Program-made: the position numbers and the translations under genes
Source of the DNA: Eledone cirrhosa
Lineage: Eukaryota
Direction of reading: 5' to 3'
DNA: 64,000 bases
Assembly (NCBI GenBank): GCA_964016885.1
Contig: OZ024759.1
Location: 24,614,001 to 24,678,000 of the forward strand
Notes under the pieces: generated by a model
Told to the model about the DNA's origin: nothing
What the model saw: only the letters and a program-made list of their open reading frames with translations
Database searches by the model: none
Shown here: in pieces, positions 13,926 to 28,762 of the stretch
Position numbering within the stretch: position 1 is the first letter of the stretch
How the letters are laid out: each line of letters starts with the position of its first letter

Positions 13926-13960
13926 TTTAAATAATGTATTGAAACTAGGTGATTATTTTG

Positions 13961-14045
<85 letters not shown>

Positions 14046-14109
14046 GGAGAGAGATCAGGATATCTAGTGTTAAACTAGTAAAACCATTATTCAGTGGAGT
14101 ACAGGAATT

Positions 14110-14165
14110 TGTAATTAACTGTCGAAACGGCAAGAACTCAGACGTTGGGCCCTGGCTCTCTACTA
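14110..14165 (+). mobile_element. Diverged family C fragment
   Basis: TAATTAACTGTCGAAACGGCAAGAACTCAGACGTTGGGCCC aligns to the family C motif AATTAGCCGTCGAAACGGCTTGAGCTCAGCCGTCGGGGTCC. Confidence 0.55.
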
Positions 14166-14179
14166 TGTATATATGTACG

Positions 14180-14232
<53 letters not shown>

Positions 14233-14411
14233 ATATACATATATATACATATATATATATATATACATATATATACATACATGCATACATGCATATATAT
14301 ATATATATATAATTTGTCGCTCACTATTGTCTTTTATCTTTCTTCCTTTTATTCTGTCACGCTCTCAATCATTCTGTTTATCTCGTTTTTTTTTCCAGAG
14401 CTATCTAACAC

Positions 14412-14618
<207 letters not shown>

Positions 14619-14657
14619 TACACACACACACACACACACAGACATCCTTCTGCGTTC

Positions 14658-14844
14658 AATAAAATAAAGTACCAGTTAAGTCTATTCCTCTCTTGCTCTG
14701 GCTCGACGAGGCCGGGGCCATCCCAAGCCAGCGCTCCCAGAAGTCATATTGTGCGCAGAGCAGAACCAGTTAAATACTGGGGGAGATATAATCGTCTTTC
14801 TCTTCCCTCCCAAATTGCTGGCCTTGTGCCTTAAATTAGAAATC

Positions 14845-14898
<54 letters not shown>

Positions 14899-15300
14899 AT
14901 TATTATTGGATTGGCAGTATCGGTAGAGGGTCGGGCGCCATGCTTTGACGTATAGAGTTACGGCCCTTGCCCTTCTGAGTTCAAATCCCGCTAAGGTTAA
15001 CTTTGCCTTTCATCCTTACGGGGTCGATAAAATAAAGTACCAGTAATGTACTGGGTAATTGCTGGCCTTGTGCCTAACGTAGAAACAATTATTATTTTTA
15101 ATATTATTATTGGATTGGCAGTATCGGTAGAGGGTCGGACACCATACTTTGCATCATAGAGTTCCGGCCCTTTATGGTCTGAGTTCAAATCCCGTCGAGG
15201 TTAACTTTGCCTTTCATTCTTATGGGGTCGATAAAATAAAGTGCCAGTAATACACTGGGATAATTGCTGGCCTTGTGCCAAAAGTAGAAACAATTATTAT
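14658..15300 (+). mobile_element. Head-to-tail stack of SINEs: old tail fragment, then S1 at 14907-15094 and 15111-15300
   Basis: Each S1 copy begins within the (ATT)n tail of the previous element. Confidence 0.85.
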
Positions 15301-15711
15301 TATTATTATTATTGTGTATCATTAACATCCGGGTCTGTATGCCCTGGTGCAATTAAATGTTTATATTTCCGTCTGGTGAAATTATTAGTGACCAACAATA
15401 TAAGTAGTGTTAACTGAGCACGTTCAGGACACTTCTTCTGTCATATCAGCTTTCATTGATTACAGTCCATGGCGGTCGGGTCGCTCTATATACTTTTACT
15501 GGGGATTTTTTTATCGTATTTATTTGTTTATTTAATCAATTTAAACGTCCTTGTAAAACTGGTAAGCCATGACAGACTGAGAAAAAGTATCTAATACCCC
15601 TTTATAATTAAGAAACAAAATCGAGAGAAAGAAAAAGAGAGAGAGAGAGATGGCAACAGGGAGAGAAAGGGGGGAGATGGAGAGAGAGAGAGAGATAGAT
15701 AGAGAGAGAGT

Positions 15712-15742
<31 letters not shown>

Positions 15743-16042
15743 GGAAGAGAGGTAGAGAGAGTGTTGGAAGAGGAGGTGAGAGAGACAAAGAGGCAGAAGA
15801 AAAAGGTTAAAAAACAAGGACAGAGAGATATAGATAGTTAACTATTTTCTGGGTTTTGTAGAAACATTTCTTGGTTTCCATAAAATGGAAGACTTTACCT
15901 ACTTTTGGTAGATGCTTGGTAGTTCTTTAAAGACCCTTTTCAAAATCTTGGTAAATTTTGGGGATATATTTTCATAGACCACTTTTAAAATGCCTCTTCC
16001 CTTTCCCCTAGTCCCTCTGAGTGGTAGGTTTTTCACTGAAAT

Positions 16043-16235
16043 AAATAATTGTTTCTACTTTTGTGACAAGACCAACGATTACCCCAGTGTATTACTGGTG
16101 CTTTGTTTTATCGATGCCGTAAGAATGAAAGGCAAAGTTAACATCGGCGGGATTTCAACTCAGAACGTCAAGGGCCATAACTCTATGCTGCAAAGCATAG
16201 TGTCTGGCGCTCTACCGATTCTGCCAAATCCACCG
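16043..16235 (-). mobile_element. SINE S1, moderately diverged
   Basis: S1 sequence in reverse. Confidence 0.85.
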
Positions 16236-16542
16236 TCATCGCATTTTGGATCGACTCCACATCAAATATTAAGTCTGTTCATGTTTTGTTCCTTCGTTTT
16301 TCTTTTTTTTTTTTTTCTTCTTTTCTTTTACTTTGTTATGAACTTAGCTTGGATATCGTGATAGTCGTAAAGTGATAGAGGTCGCTGCGGTCGCTGTCGT
16401 CGTGAGCTAAGCAGTTCAAATTCGAATTTCCGGCGGTTTCTGTCATCAGCCTTAGCTAAACTTACACACCGAATGAAAACACATTAACCCCCACCTGCTT
16501 GATTTTTGTCAGTAACTACTGAATCTACATGTCAAAGTGTAA

Positions 16543-16800
16543 GGACGCGTGACTTGGGGTGATAGTGTGCTCGGCTCACGATCCTATGGTCGTAAGTTCG
16601 ACTCCCGGAGGTGTGTTAAGTCCTTGAGCAATACACTTTATTTTACATAGCATAGCCCACACACATAGCAAACATGAGAGGTACTGTGTTGTGCCTGTAA
16701 TTCAAAGGGCCAGGCCTGTCAAACAATATGTAACGCTGAATCTGCGAGGATTAAATTGAGGGTATAAGTATATGTGGGATGCTCAGTCACTTGCCTATTC
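16543..16800 (+). mobile_element. Older tRNA-derived SINE, family S2
   Basis: tRNA-like head with box B GTTCGACTCC, followed by GTCCTTGAGCAATACACTTTATTT. Related decayed copies lie at about 27437, 30325, 31360, 38780-39350, 40630-41000, 41420 and 59105. Confidence 0.7.
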
Positions 16801-16971
16801 ATTTCAATATGGCGCCCCTACGACTCTCTCAGGGGTTACGGTATCATACATACTCACGTATATATATTATTTTATATAGAAATGACTTCTCTATATATAT
16901 ATATATATATTATTTCGTATAGAATGACTTCAGGACTAGAGCTACTTCATTCAAAAGAAATCAGCAGGAAA

Positions 16972-17021
16972 GCATTTCTGATGATTTCTTTTGAATGAAA
17001 CAGTTCTAGTCCTGTAAAAGC
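16972..17021 (+). ncRNA. Type I hammerhead motif, family B
   Basis: GCAUUU-CUGAUGA-UUUC-UUUU-GAAU-GAAA-CAG-UUCUAGUC-CUG-UA^AAAGC. Stem III is ACAG/CUGU with a GUA site. The motif lies in a double fold-back spanning 16917-17070. Confidence 0.7.
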
Positions 17022-17071
17022 CATTTCTATACCTATAATATAGAAATGGCTTTTACAGGACTAGAACTATT

Positions 17072-17222
17072 TTGACGCATAGAGTTACGGCCCTTGCCAT
17101 TCTGAGTTCAAATCCCGCCGAGGTTAACTTTGCCTTTCATCCTTACGGGGTCGATAAAATAAAGTACCAGTAATGTACTGAGTAAATTGCTGGCCCTGGG
17201 CCAAAAAGTAGAAACAATTATA
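17072..17222 (+). mobile_element. 5'-truncated SINE S1
   Basis: Box B, body and tail of S1. Confidence 0.88.
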
Positions 17223-17225
17223 TTA

Positions 17226-17256
<31 letters not shown>

Positions 17257-17269
17257 AATATATATATCA

Positions 17270-17335
<66 letters not shown>

Positions 17336-17526
17336 ACCGTACAAAACAAAGACAACGGGAGAAAAAGAGGGACAGTCACTTCTCTTCCGTCACATTTTGG
17401 AAATCCTTCTAATTTGTTCAGAATTCGAATGAATAGAAAAGTGTCTATCTGCGTCTATGTCTTATCTTATTTAGCCCCTTATTTTTTTTATTGATATTTG
17501 ATATGGTTTTAACCACGTAGGATCTT

Positions 17527-17655
<129 letters not shown>

Positions 17656-17664
17656 TTATATATA

Positions 17665-17706
<42 letters not shown>

Positions 17707-17766
17707 TAGATATTTATATATTATATTTATATATATATATATAGATAGATATTTATATATTATATT

Positions 17767-17879
<113 letters not shown>

Positions 17880-17898
17880 TATATATCTATATACATAT

Positions 17899-17933
<35 letters not shown>

Positions 17934-17945
17934 GACACACACACA

Positions 17946-17983
<38 letters not shown>

Positions 17984-18272
17984 CACACACATATATATAT
18001 ATATATATATACATACACGCACACACACACACATATATATATATAATCATTATTTTTCTATGTAGCGATTTATCAAAAATATGTACTGACATAAATGGAC
18101 AACATTTACCATTATTTGTCAGAACTAATATCCTATCCGCCATTTCAACATGCTATCCTAATGTTGAAATGCCAATTCAAGGCGTACCTTCTATTAGAAA
18201 GTCAAACCTGACATACCTTATTATTGTACCCCGGCTCGCATTCTGTCTTAATACATCCTCTGATATATATGT

Positions 18273-18305
<33 letters not shown>

Positions 18306-18337
18306 CATGTATAAATATGTATAAATATGTGTAAATA

Positions 18338-18386
<49 letters not shown>

Positions 18387-18693
18387 ATATATATATATAT
18401 ATAATATATATGATAAATATATATGTATATAAATATATATATGTATATATATATATATAATATATATGATAAATATATATGTATATAAATATATAAATAT
18501 ATGTATATATATAATATATGTATATAAATATATGTATATATACATATATATGTGTATGTACAAATATATATATGTATATATATATGATATATATATAATA
18601 TATATGATATATATATATATGTATATAAGTATATGTATATATATATAAGTATATAAATATATGTATATATACATATATATGTGTATGTACATG

Positions 18694-18799
<106 letters not shown>

Positions 18800-18829
18800 C
18801 ATATATGCATATATATACATACATATATA

Positions 18830-18893
<64 letters not shown>

Positions 18894-18989
18894 TACATAT
18901 ATATGTACATATATATATATATATAAACGTATATACATATATGCATATATATACATACATATATATGTACATATATATATATAAATATG

Positions 18990-19046
<57 letters not shown>

Positions 19047-19140
19047 CACACATATATATATATATAGAGAGAGAGGGGGTTTGACAGAGATGTACACTTG
19101 CAATCTTCCTTCATATAAATAAATATGCTTATAAATATCA

Positions 19141-19177
<37 letters not shown>

Positions 19178-19345
19178 GCGTCTATAAATCTTGTTCCATT
19201 GTCCTTCCAAGATAACAGACCATAATACCATAAAGCCATAAAGACATGTTACCCCGTCACTACACAGTACATGCATACTATGGTATGCGCCATTATGCCA
19301 GTATGCTAGTTGATCAGAATATTTTGCAATGCAAGAAGCACAGAC

Positions 19346-19492
19346 CTGGTAACATTTGTAAAGCCTCGAGCAGACGGAAGTGATATTCTTCTCAAACATG
19401 ACATTTCCGGAAACGACTGAGGCGCCATCTAAAGTTTTTCGAATACATTCTACAATATTTTGTACTGTAAGTTTCTTTCTGGGGTTGTTCAA
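19346..19492 (-). CDS. Possible internal coding exon of an unidentified gene (49 aa)
   Basis: Polypyrimidine acceptor CTTTCTTCTCAG, 147 nt open in phase 0/0 ([49 protein letters not shown]), donor CAG|GTCTGT (weak). No family recognised and no partner exons found. Confidence 0.35.
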
Positions 19493-19603
19493 CTGAGAAG
19501 AAAGACGGCCATATACAAATTGAACGATAACTTCCGTTTCACGTTTGACAGAGATATCCACTAGCGAGACAGGCTTAATACACACACACATACATATATA
19601 TAC

Positions 19604-19634
<31 letters not shown>

Positions 19635-19659
19635 AACACATACATATTTATTTATATAC

Positions 19660-19697
<38 letters not shown>

Positions 19698-19865
19698 ACA
19701 TATACACGTATATACATATAACACATACACGTATACACGTATATATGTATATACATATATATATACACACACACGCATAAATATATATATACATACGTAT
19801 ATATATTTATATATATATATATATATATGCATATATATATATATATGTACATACATATCTATATA

Positions 19866-19938
<73 letters not shown>

Positions 19939-20079
19939 ATATATATGTATATGTATGTATATATATATATATATGTATGTGTGTGTATGTTTAGATATAC
20001 AAACACAGCCACACACACTTAAGGTGGAGGTGGGGGTGTAACAGTCAACATGTATTTGATATGTATCATATATTGTACC

Positions 20080-20315
20080 GCCATTCCTCTTTAGGTCGCC
20101 CTTCTAACTTTATTTTAACAACCTTTTATTTATTTTTTATATTTTTCATTCCTTATCCTTATTTTCTTTGCTATTTTCCTTTTGTGTTATTCCCGATGAA
20201 GGACACATGCCCGATACGTTGACTACGTAACTCATTCTTCTTCCTCCAAGCGTTAAACTAATACACTTTATGTTATTGTATCCACTTGTTTGTTCATTTC
20301 TTGTTTCCTTGACCT
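20080..20315 (+). mobile_element. Family A element with degenerate HHR (20190-20222)
   Basis: CCGAUGA-A-GGAC-ACAU-GCCC-GAUA-CGUU followed by the family tail AAGCGTTAAACTAATA, then (TA)n. Confidence 0.6.
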
Positions 20316-20339
20316 ATATATATATATATATATATATAT

Positions 20340-20780
20340 GCTGCAAAGCATGTTGTTCGACGCTCTACCGTCCTATTAACCCACTGAAAGACATAAGAGT
20401 TTCTGATTTAGCCACAAGGCCAACAATTCTGAGGGAGGAGAAAGTTGGTTAAAATCGACCCCAGTGCGTTACTGGTGCTTTATTTTATCGACCCCGGAAC
20501 GATGAAAAGCAAAGCTAACCTCGACAGGGATTTGAGTTCAGAACGTTAAAGGCCGTAACTCTATACCGCCACAAAGCATGTTGTTGACGCTATACCAATC
20601 CGGCAAACCCATCGCCTTCCATCTCTCTAGAAGAGGATAAGTGTCTATCGACCCCATAAGGATGAAAAGTAAAGCTAACGTCGACAGGGATTTGAACTCA
20701 CAACGTTAAGGTCCGTAACTCTATACAGCCACAAAGCATGTTGTCCGACGCTCTACCATTCCTGCCAACCAATCACCTTC
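20340..20780 (-). mobile_element. Old long-form S1-related SINEs in tandem
   Basis: Diverged head and body motifs repeated. Confidence 0.75.
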
Positions 20781-21719
20781 CACCTCTCCAGAAGAGGAGA
20801 GCTGTCTTGGAGACAGCTAAGTGAGTCAACTAAGTACAGTTTCGGCAAAAGACCTGAAAGTGGAAGTGTCAGAAATGTTAAAATGGCGACGGCTTGCCAT
20901 ATCAGTAGGTTTGTAACATGTGTTCTTTTGATATAGAATACCAACATAGTTCCGATGCTTTCCAACACGATTAGCATTCTTCTTCATGCTATTATACTAA
21001 TATAATCGTCATTTTTTTAATTTTTTTTTATTTTTCGTTATTCTGGCCGCTGGTGTTGTTGTTGTTGTTCTTCTTCTTCTTCTTGGTGGTGGTGTTGGTG
21101 GTGTAATGTTCTTGTTGCGGTTGTTTTTGTTGTGGTGGTGTTGGTGTTGTTGTTGTTGGTGGTGATGCTGGTGGTGTTAATGTTGTTGTTGTTGGTGGTG
21201 GCGGTGTTGATATAGTAGTTATTTTTCCTGGTGGTGTTAGTGTTGTTGTTTGTGCTGGAGCCGGTATTAGTCTTCTTCTTCTTCTTCTTCTTCTTCTTCT
21301 TCTTCTTCTTCTTCTTCTTCTTCTTCTTCTTCTTCTTCTTTTTATTCTTTTTCTTTTCCTTCTTCTTCTTATTATTATTATTTTTCTTCTTCTTTTTCTT
21401 CTTCTTTTTCTTCTTTTTCTTCTTTTTCTTCTTCTTCTTCTTCTTCTTCTCCTTCTTCTTCTTCTTCTTCTTTTCCTTCTTTTTCTTCTTCTTCTTCTTC
21501 TTCTTCTTCTTCTTCTTCTTCTTCTTCTTCTTCTTCTTGGTAGTTGCTGTGGTGTTGTTATTGTTGCTGGTGGTGATAGTGTTAGTGCAGTTGTTGTCGT
21601 TAGTTGCAGCATCTTAGTATCTTGTTTGTGTTGTTGTTATTCTGGTTGATAATAGTAGTGTGTTATTGTTGTTGTAGTTGTTAGTAGTTAGTGGTAGTGT
21701 TATCGTTGGTGTAGTTATA

Positions 21720-23050
21720 GTTGTAGTTGTTAGTTGTGGTAGTGTTATGGTTGTAGTTGTTGTAGTTGTTGGCAGTGGTAGTGTTATGGTTGTAGTTGTT
21801 GTAGTTGTTGGCAGTGGTAGTGTTATGGTTGTAGTTGTTGTTGTAGTTGTTGGCAGTGGTAGTGTTATGGCTGTAGTTGTTGGCAGTGGTAGTGTTATGG
21901 TTGTAGTTGTTGTAGTTGTTGGCAGTGGTAGTGTTATGGTTGTAGTTGTTGTTGTAGTTGTTGGCAGTGGTAGTGTTATGGCTGTAGTTGTTGTTGTAGT
22001 TGTTGGCAGTGGTAGTGTTATGGTTGTAGTTGTTGTTGTAGTTGTTGGCAGTGGTAGTGTTATGGCTGTAGTTGTTGTTGTAGTTGTTGGCAGTGGTAGT
22101 GTTATGGTTGTAGTTGTTGTTGTAGTTGTTGGCAGTGGTAGTGTTATGGTTGTAGTTGTTGTTGTAGTTGTTGGCAGTGGTAGTGTTATGGCTGTAGTTG
22201 TTGTTGTAGTTGTTGGCAGTGGTAGTGTTATGGTTGTAGTTGTTGTTGTAGTTGTTGGCAGTGGTAGTGTTATGGTTGTAGTTGTTGTTGTAGTTGTTGG
22301 CAGTGGTAGTGTTATGGCTGTAGTTGTTGTTGTAGTTGTTGGCAGTGGTAGTGTTATGGTTGTAGTTGTTGTTGTAGTTGTTGGCAGTGGTAGTGTTATG
22401 GCTGTAGTTGTTGTTGTAGTTGTTGGCAGTGGTAGTGTTATGGTTGTAGTTGTTGTTGTAGTTGTTGGCAGTGGTAGTGTTATGGCTGTAGTTGTTGTTG
22501 TAGTTGTTGGCAGTGGTAGTGTTATGGTTGTAGTTGTTGTTGTAGTTGTTGGCAGTGGTAGTGTTATGGTTGTAGTTGTTGTTGTAGTTGTTGGCAGTGG
22601 TAGTGTTATGGCTGTAGTTGTTGTTGTAGTTGTTGGCAGTGGTAGTGTTATGGTTGTAGTTGTTGTTGTAGTTGTTGGCAGTGGTAGTGTTATGGCTGTA
22701 GTTGTTGTTGTAGTTGTTGGCAGTGGTAGTGTTATGGTTGTAGTTGTTGTTGTAGTTGTTGGCAGTGGTAGTGTTATTATTAGTATAGTTGTTGTTGTAG
22801 TTGTTGGCAGTGGTAGAGTTATGGTTGTAGTTGTTGTTGTAGTTGTTGGCAGTGGTAGTGTTATTATTAGTATAGTTGTTGTTGTAGTTGTTGGCAGTGG
22901 TAGTGTTATGGCTGTAGTTGTTGTTGTAGTTGTTGGCAGTGGTAGTGTTATGGCTGTAGTTGTTGTTGTAGTTGTTGGCAGTGGTAGTGTTATGGCTGTA
23001 GTTGTTGTTGTAGTTGTTGGCAGTGGTAGTGTTATTATTAGTATAGTTGT
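21720..23050. repeat. 42-bp minisatellite, about 31 units
   Basis: Unit GGCAGTGGTAGTGTTATGGYTGTAGTTGTTGTTGTAGTTGTT, with a few 39-bp and shorter variants. Confidence 0.95.
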
Positions 23051-23264
23051 TGATATGGTTGATAATGATAGTGTTATTGTTGTAGTTGTTGTTGATAGTG
23101 CTAGTGTTATGGTTCGTGTAGTTGTTGTTGTTATTGTTTCAGTATCTTGTTTCTGTTGTTGTTGTTGTTGTTGTTGTCTTGATATCTCTGTTACCACCAT
23201 TCCTTCATACATATTTTCTCCTGTTTCTTCCTATTATTTTCATTTTCGTTTTATCTTTAGTTGT

Positions 23265-23305
<41 letters not shown>

Positions 23306-23418
23306 TTTTAAGCCCCACCCCACCCCTAACTCTAATTGTAATTGTCACCTTTGGGGGTGGTCTGCTTTTTTTATTGCATACATTATTCTGTGGTTGTTAT
23401 ACGCATGTATAACGTGCG

Positions 23419-23470
<52 letters not shown>

Positions 23471-23620
23471 AGTGTGTGTGTGTGTACATATGTATATAGA
23501 TATATGTAAGCACACCCACTCACAAACACGCACAGACACATGCACGTGCACATACAGACACACGCGTGACCATATACACACACTCACAGAGTATCTATCT
23601 GTCTATTTATATATCGTTTT

Positions 23621-23667
<47 letters not shown>

Positions 23668-23671
23668 AAGA

Positions 23672-23841
23672 AATTAAATAAAATATAATATAGAGCAGTT
23701 TTATAAATAAATATTGACATACCCTTAAAGAATGCAACCATTACTGTTGGAAGTATCCGGGAACTTCCAACAGTAATGGTTGCATTCTTTAAGGGTATGT
23801 CAATATTTATTTATAAAACTGCTCTATATTATATTTTATTT
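23672..23841. repeat. Long perfect fold-back next to (TA)n, family D
   Basis: About 80-bp arms (..GAATGCAACCATTACTGTTGGAAGT / ACTTCCAACAGTAATGGTTGCATTC..) around an 8-nt spacer. Confidence 0.9.
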
Positions 23842-23896
23842 GATGAAAGCACACCATAATTTAACTTGGTGCCCTTGAAATATGTATAATGAAATA
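23832..23896 (+). ncRNA. Hammerhead-like motif with U3
   Basis: UAUUUUAU-UUGAUGA-AAG..CACCA-loop-UGGUG..CUU-GAAA-UAUGUA-UA^AUGAAAUA. Stem I is 8 bp but AU-rich, and C3 is replaced by U. Confidence 0.5.
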
Positions 23897-24169
23897 AATA
23901 TGGTTTTATAAATATAGTTTCCATTTGTTAATATCGTATTTTTACTCCAATTATTTGATGAGTGCTTTATATCAGTTATAAAAATATTTGCTTGCTGTAT
24001 CCCAACAATGTAAATAGAACTTTTACATACATATATATATATATAAATATATAGGATAACGTTGCCGATTGTCTTGCATCAGGGTCTGGTGGTGTAAGCT
24101 GGCCATAGAAATACGTATTCTGTATTTGTGGAATATAAAGGTATATATTGGAATTCGGCATTCTGTCTT

Positions 24170-24277
<108 letters not shown>

Positions 24278-24669
24278 GGGTGTATGAGTGTGTGTGTGTG
24301 TGTGTAAACGTATGGTAACCTATATATGTTAGAATGTGTGCTGCGAATTCCAAAATGAGTATTTTTATAATTAATTGGCTGTTAATCTAAATTTAATCCC
24401 GTTTAAAACAAGTTCCTTAAAATTACATCAGATCCATTTCTGTTTGACACGCTCGGGCTTCGTAATATTTATTGATGTCAGAAAGGTAGAGAGAAGAGAA
24501 GCGATAAAAATTAATAAGTTGTAATAACAACCTCATAAATCATTCTAACAGTAACAGACATGAGTCGCTGTTGTTTCCAACTTTCTACTCTTTCTACTCC
24601 TATTCCAACCCACCCACCCTATTTTAAATCACATCAAATATTTGCCTGTTTTATGGTTAATTATAATTT

Positions 24670-25436
24670 ATATATGTATATAAACTATATCAAACACACA
24701 TCTCTATATATAAACTATATCAAACACACATCTATCTATATAAACTTTATCAAACATATATCTCTATATATAAACTTTATCAAACATATATATATCTATA
24801 TAAACTATATCAAACACATCGCTGTATAACGATATCAAATACACATCCATCTCTATATATAAACTATATCAAACACACATCTCTATATATAAACTATATC
24901 AAACACACATCTCTATATAAACTTTATCAAACATATATCCCTATATATAAACTTTATCAAACATATATATCTATATAAACTATATCAAACACATCGCTGT
25001 ATAACGATATCAAATACACATCTCTATATATAAACTATATCAAACACACATCACTGTATAACTATATCAAACACACATTTCAATTTATAAACTATATCAA
25101 ATATCTATCTCTCTATATAAACTATCAAACACATATCTCTATATAAAAACTATATCAAACACATATCTATATATGAATTATCAAATATATATCCCTATAT
25201 ATAAACAATGTCAAACATATATCTCTATATATAAATTATATCAACGTACATTGCTGTTTAACTATATCAAACACACATCTCTATACATAAACTTTATCAA
25301 ACATATATCTCTCTATATAAACTTTATCAAACACACATCTCTATATATAGACTATATTAAACACACGTCTCTATATATAAACTATATCAAACACACGTCT
25401 CTATATATAAACTATATCAAATACATCACTGTTTAA
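24670..25436. repeat. About 30-bp AT-rich minisatellite
   Basis: Unit TAAACTATATCAAACACACATCTCTATATA with variants. Confidence 0.92.
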
Positions 25437-25630
25437 CTAGGACCCTTAAAAATAAATATTAAACAAAAATATTTTTCATCAATATGATCTTAATCTACAC
25501 CAAGAAAAATGCAAAATTTGTTTAAATATGTTCATTATTAAAAACAGTATATATACACATATACGTAGGCACTCACACACACACATTCGAGGGAGATTCG
25601 GTTAATATTTCTAGCAGGTCAAGCGACCAA

Positions 25631-25822
25631 ATAATTGTTTCTACTTTTGGCACAAGGCCAGCAATTATTCCAGTGTATTACTGGTACTTTATTTTATCGG
25701 CCCCGTAAGGATGAAAGGCAAAGTTAACCTCGGCGGGATTTGAACTCAGACCATAAAGGGCCGTAACTCTATGCTGCAAGGCATGGTGTCTGGCCCTCTA
25801 CCGATACTGCCAATCCACCGCC
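25631..25822 (-). mobile_element. Full-length SINE S1 with TSD
   Basis: TSD CCAAATAAT at 25627-25635 and 25822-25830. Confidence 0.92.
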
Positions 25823-26728
25823 CAAATAATGGAGGCCTGTTCTATTTGACTCCTCGTCACAGGAGGGCTAAGATGTGTCTTGGGAGACTGTATTTAATGA
25901 GAACCTGTAATTTCTACCGACATCTTAAACGTACTGGCCATAAACTAGAAACGTCTCCACTTTATGATATGAATAGCTTCAATTAGACTCTATATCTCAG
26001 TACACTTTATATTTCAGTATAATTAATATTTATTTCTCAGTCGTCCAACAAACTACCCCACCACCACCACCACCACCACCACCACATACTCCACACACAC
26101 TTCACCCACTCCAACCACCACCTACAAACCTCCTCTAGCTATACCCTATATCAAATACATGCAACTGTACAACGATAAACCTTGTTCCTTACTCAGATGA
26201 TGGAATCGATAAGACGCAAACGAAAAGAATCGATAGATGTTTGTTGATGGCGACTGTGTGGTAGAGTAATTATCAGAATCTCGAAATCTTGCCGTTATAT
26301 TTCTCCCGGAATCAGTGATTAATTCATCATAAAAAACAAACAACATAAACCACAGAGCAGAAAGAGCATTTATTGAGAGATAAATAAAGACAGTGACTGG
26401 GTTTTAACTTACATCGTATAGATGTTCCTTCCCGATGTGTGGTCATAAAAAAACTAACAAGCACGTTCGTGTTTATATTTCTATGGCTGACTGGTCGACT
26501 TCAATGGTTACATAGGGTTTAGATTCTTTAAGGCCAATCCAGTGAAACAGTGCAGAGTTAACAGGAGACACAAACAGATATGGCTGCTGCTGGCTGCTAT
26601 GTATTTATCGGATAGTATGTCTGGTCTGGCTTCAGCTGAGGGTCGGGCGGGGTCAGGTAAGAGGCTGGGTCTGGCTGGCATGCTTACTTTTGAATGCGTT
26701 TACACAGTGTGTGCGTATATGCTCTGTG

Positions 26729-26831
<103 letters not shown>

Positions 26832-26953
26832 TGTGTATGTGGTTGTGTGTAAGCGTATTTGTGTGTGCCTGCACGCGTGTACGCCGGTACCTTAATATCA
26901 TTGTGCGTGTGCATATATATATGTATATATATTTTTATATCAATCTCTTTCTC

Positions 26954-27423
<470 letters not shown>

Positions 27424-27535
27424 AATATATATATATAGGTGAAGCGGTTTGTTTAGTGGTTAGAGTGTTTGACTCGATTAGTCGAGGGTTCGCAATACAC
27501 TTTATTTCAGGTTGTCCCAGTCCACCCAGCTTAAA

Positions 27536-27615
<80 letters not shown>

Positions 27616-27782
27616 TATATATATATTGTATAGAATAGTATAATTAAAATTTCACACACTTAACATATACGTGCGACCTTAGATTTCCGGGTCCAGTTAT
27701 GACCAGCACTGCATAGTGGGGTTGCCATTTCAAAACTGCCATTTCATACACAAGTTTATATTTATATATATATAAATATATA

Positions 27783-27858
27783 CAGGGTGTCCTAAAAAAT
27801 GTATACACACTTTGCTGAGAATGCTGTTGAAATGTGTATACATTTTTGGGGGACACCC

Positions 27859-27860
<2 letters not shown>
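27783..27860. mobile_element. Tc1/mariner-type MITE (78 bp)
   Basis: About 27-bp TIRs CAGGGTGTCCTAAAAAATGTATACACA / TGTGTATACATTTTTGGGGGACACCCTG. TA on the left flank, CA (probably mutated TA) on the right. Confidence 0.75.
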
Positions 27861-27903
<43 letters not shown>

Positions 27904-28066
27904 TCACATACACAAGTCTGTATATATACATACATAGACTAGGTGGGGAGGAATTTACTGGCGCTGGTTTTGATCGTTCACGGCCATTGCCCCTGGGGAC
28001 ACTTTCAGCATATTAAATACTAAATACTAGCAGTGTAGGATCCATATTACTTTTTCTATATGCAAC

Positions 28067-28115
<49 letters not shown>

Positions 28116-28179
28116 CATATATATATACGTACATATATTCATACATATATATATATATATTCATATATATATACATATA

Positions 28180-28230
<51 letters not shown>

Positions 28231-28240
28231 GTAATATATT

Positions 28241-28290
<50 letters not shown>

Positions 28291-28762
28291 CGTGTGTAGT
28301 TAGTATGTAGGTATATATGTGGCTACCAGTAAATGTGAAATTGAGCTGAGCTCGACTGAGACAGCTTAAAGTTAATTTTTATACTATTTTTCAATTGAAA
28401 TGTAATACTTCTATATAAAACGCTGTAATGGTGTAATAGGTCTAATTTTAGCTGCTTAGTAATCCCCTTGTTGTAGGCAATGAATTGGCAGAGTCGATAG
28501 AATGTCGGATAGAATACTTTAAGTTATTCGTTCCGGCTCTCTGTTCTCCGGGAGTTCTAATCCCACTGAGGTAAACTTTGCCTTTCATTTGTTTTGAGGT
28601 CAATAAAATAAACTCCTAGTTCAGTATTTGGGTCGATTCTTTTTTCGTATATATTTCTCACTTCTTCTTTCTCTCTCCCTCTGTCTACACCCCCCCCCCC
28701 CCATCTCTGACTGACACGCTCACTTCCTCTGTCTCTCACACACCGACCGACTCTCCTTTTCT

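Noticed and set aside
26410-26530. Possible minus-strand exon (ESKPYVTIEVDQ.., donor GTAAGT)
   Set aside because: The frame hits a stop before the donor, and the resemblance to a C2 domain is too weak.
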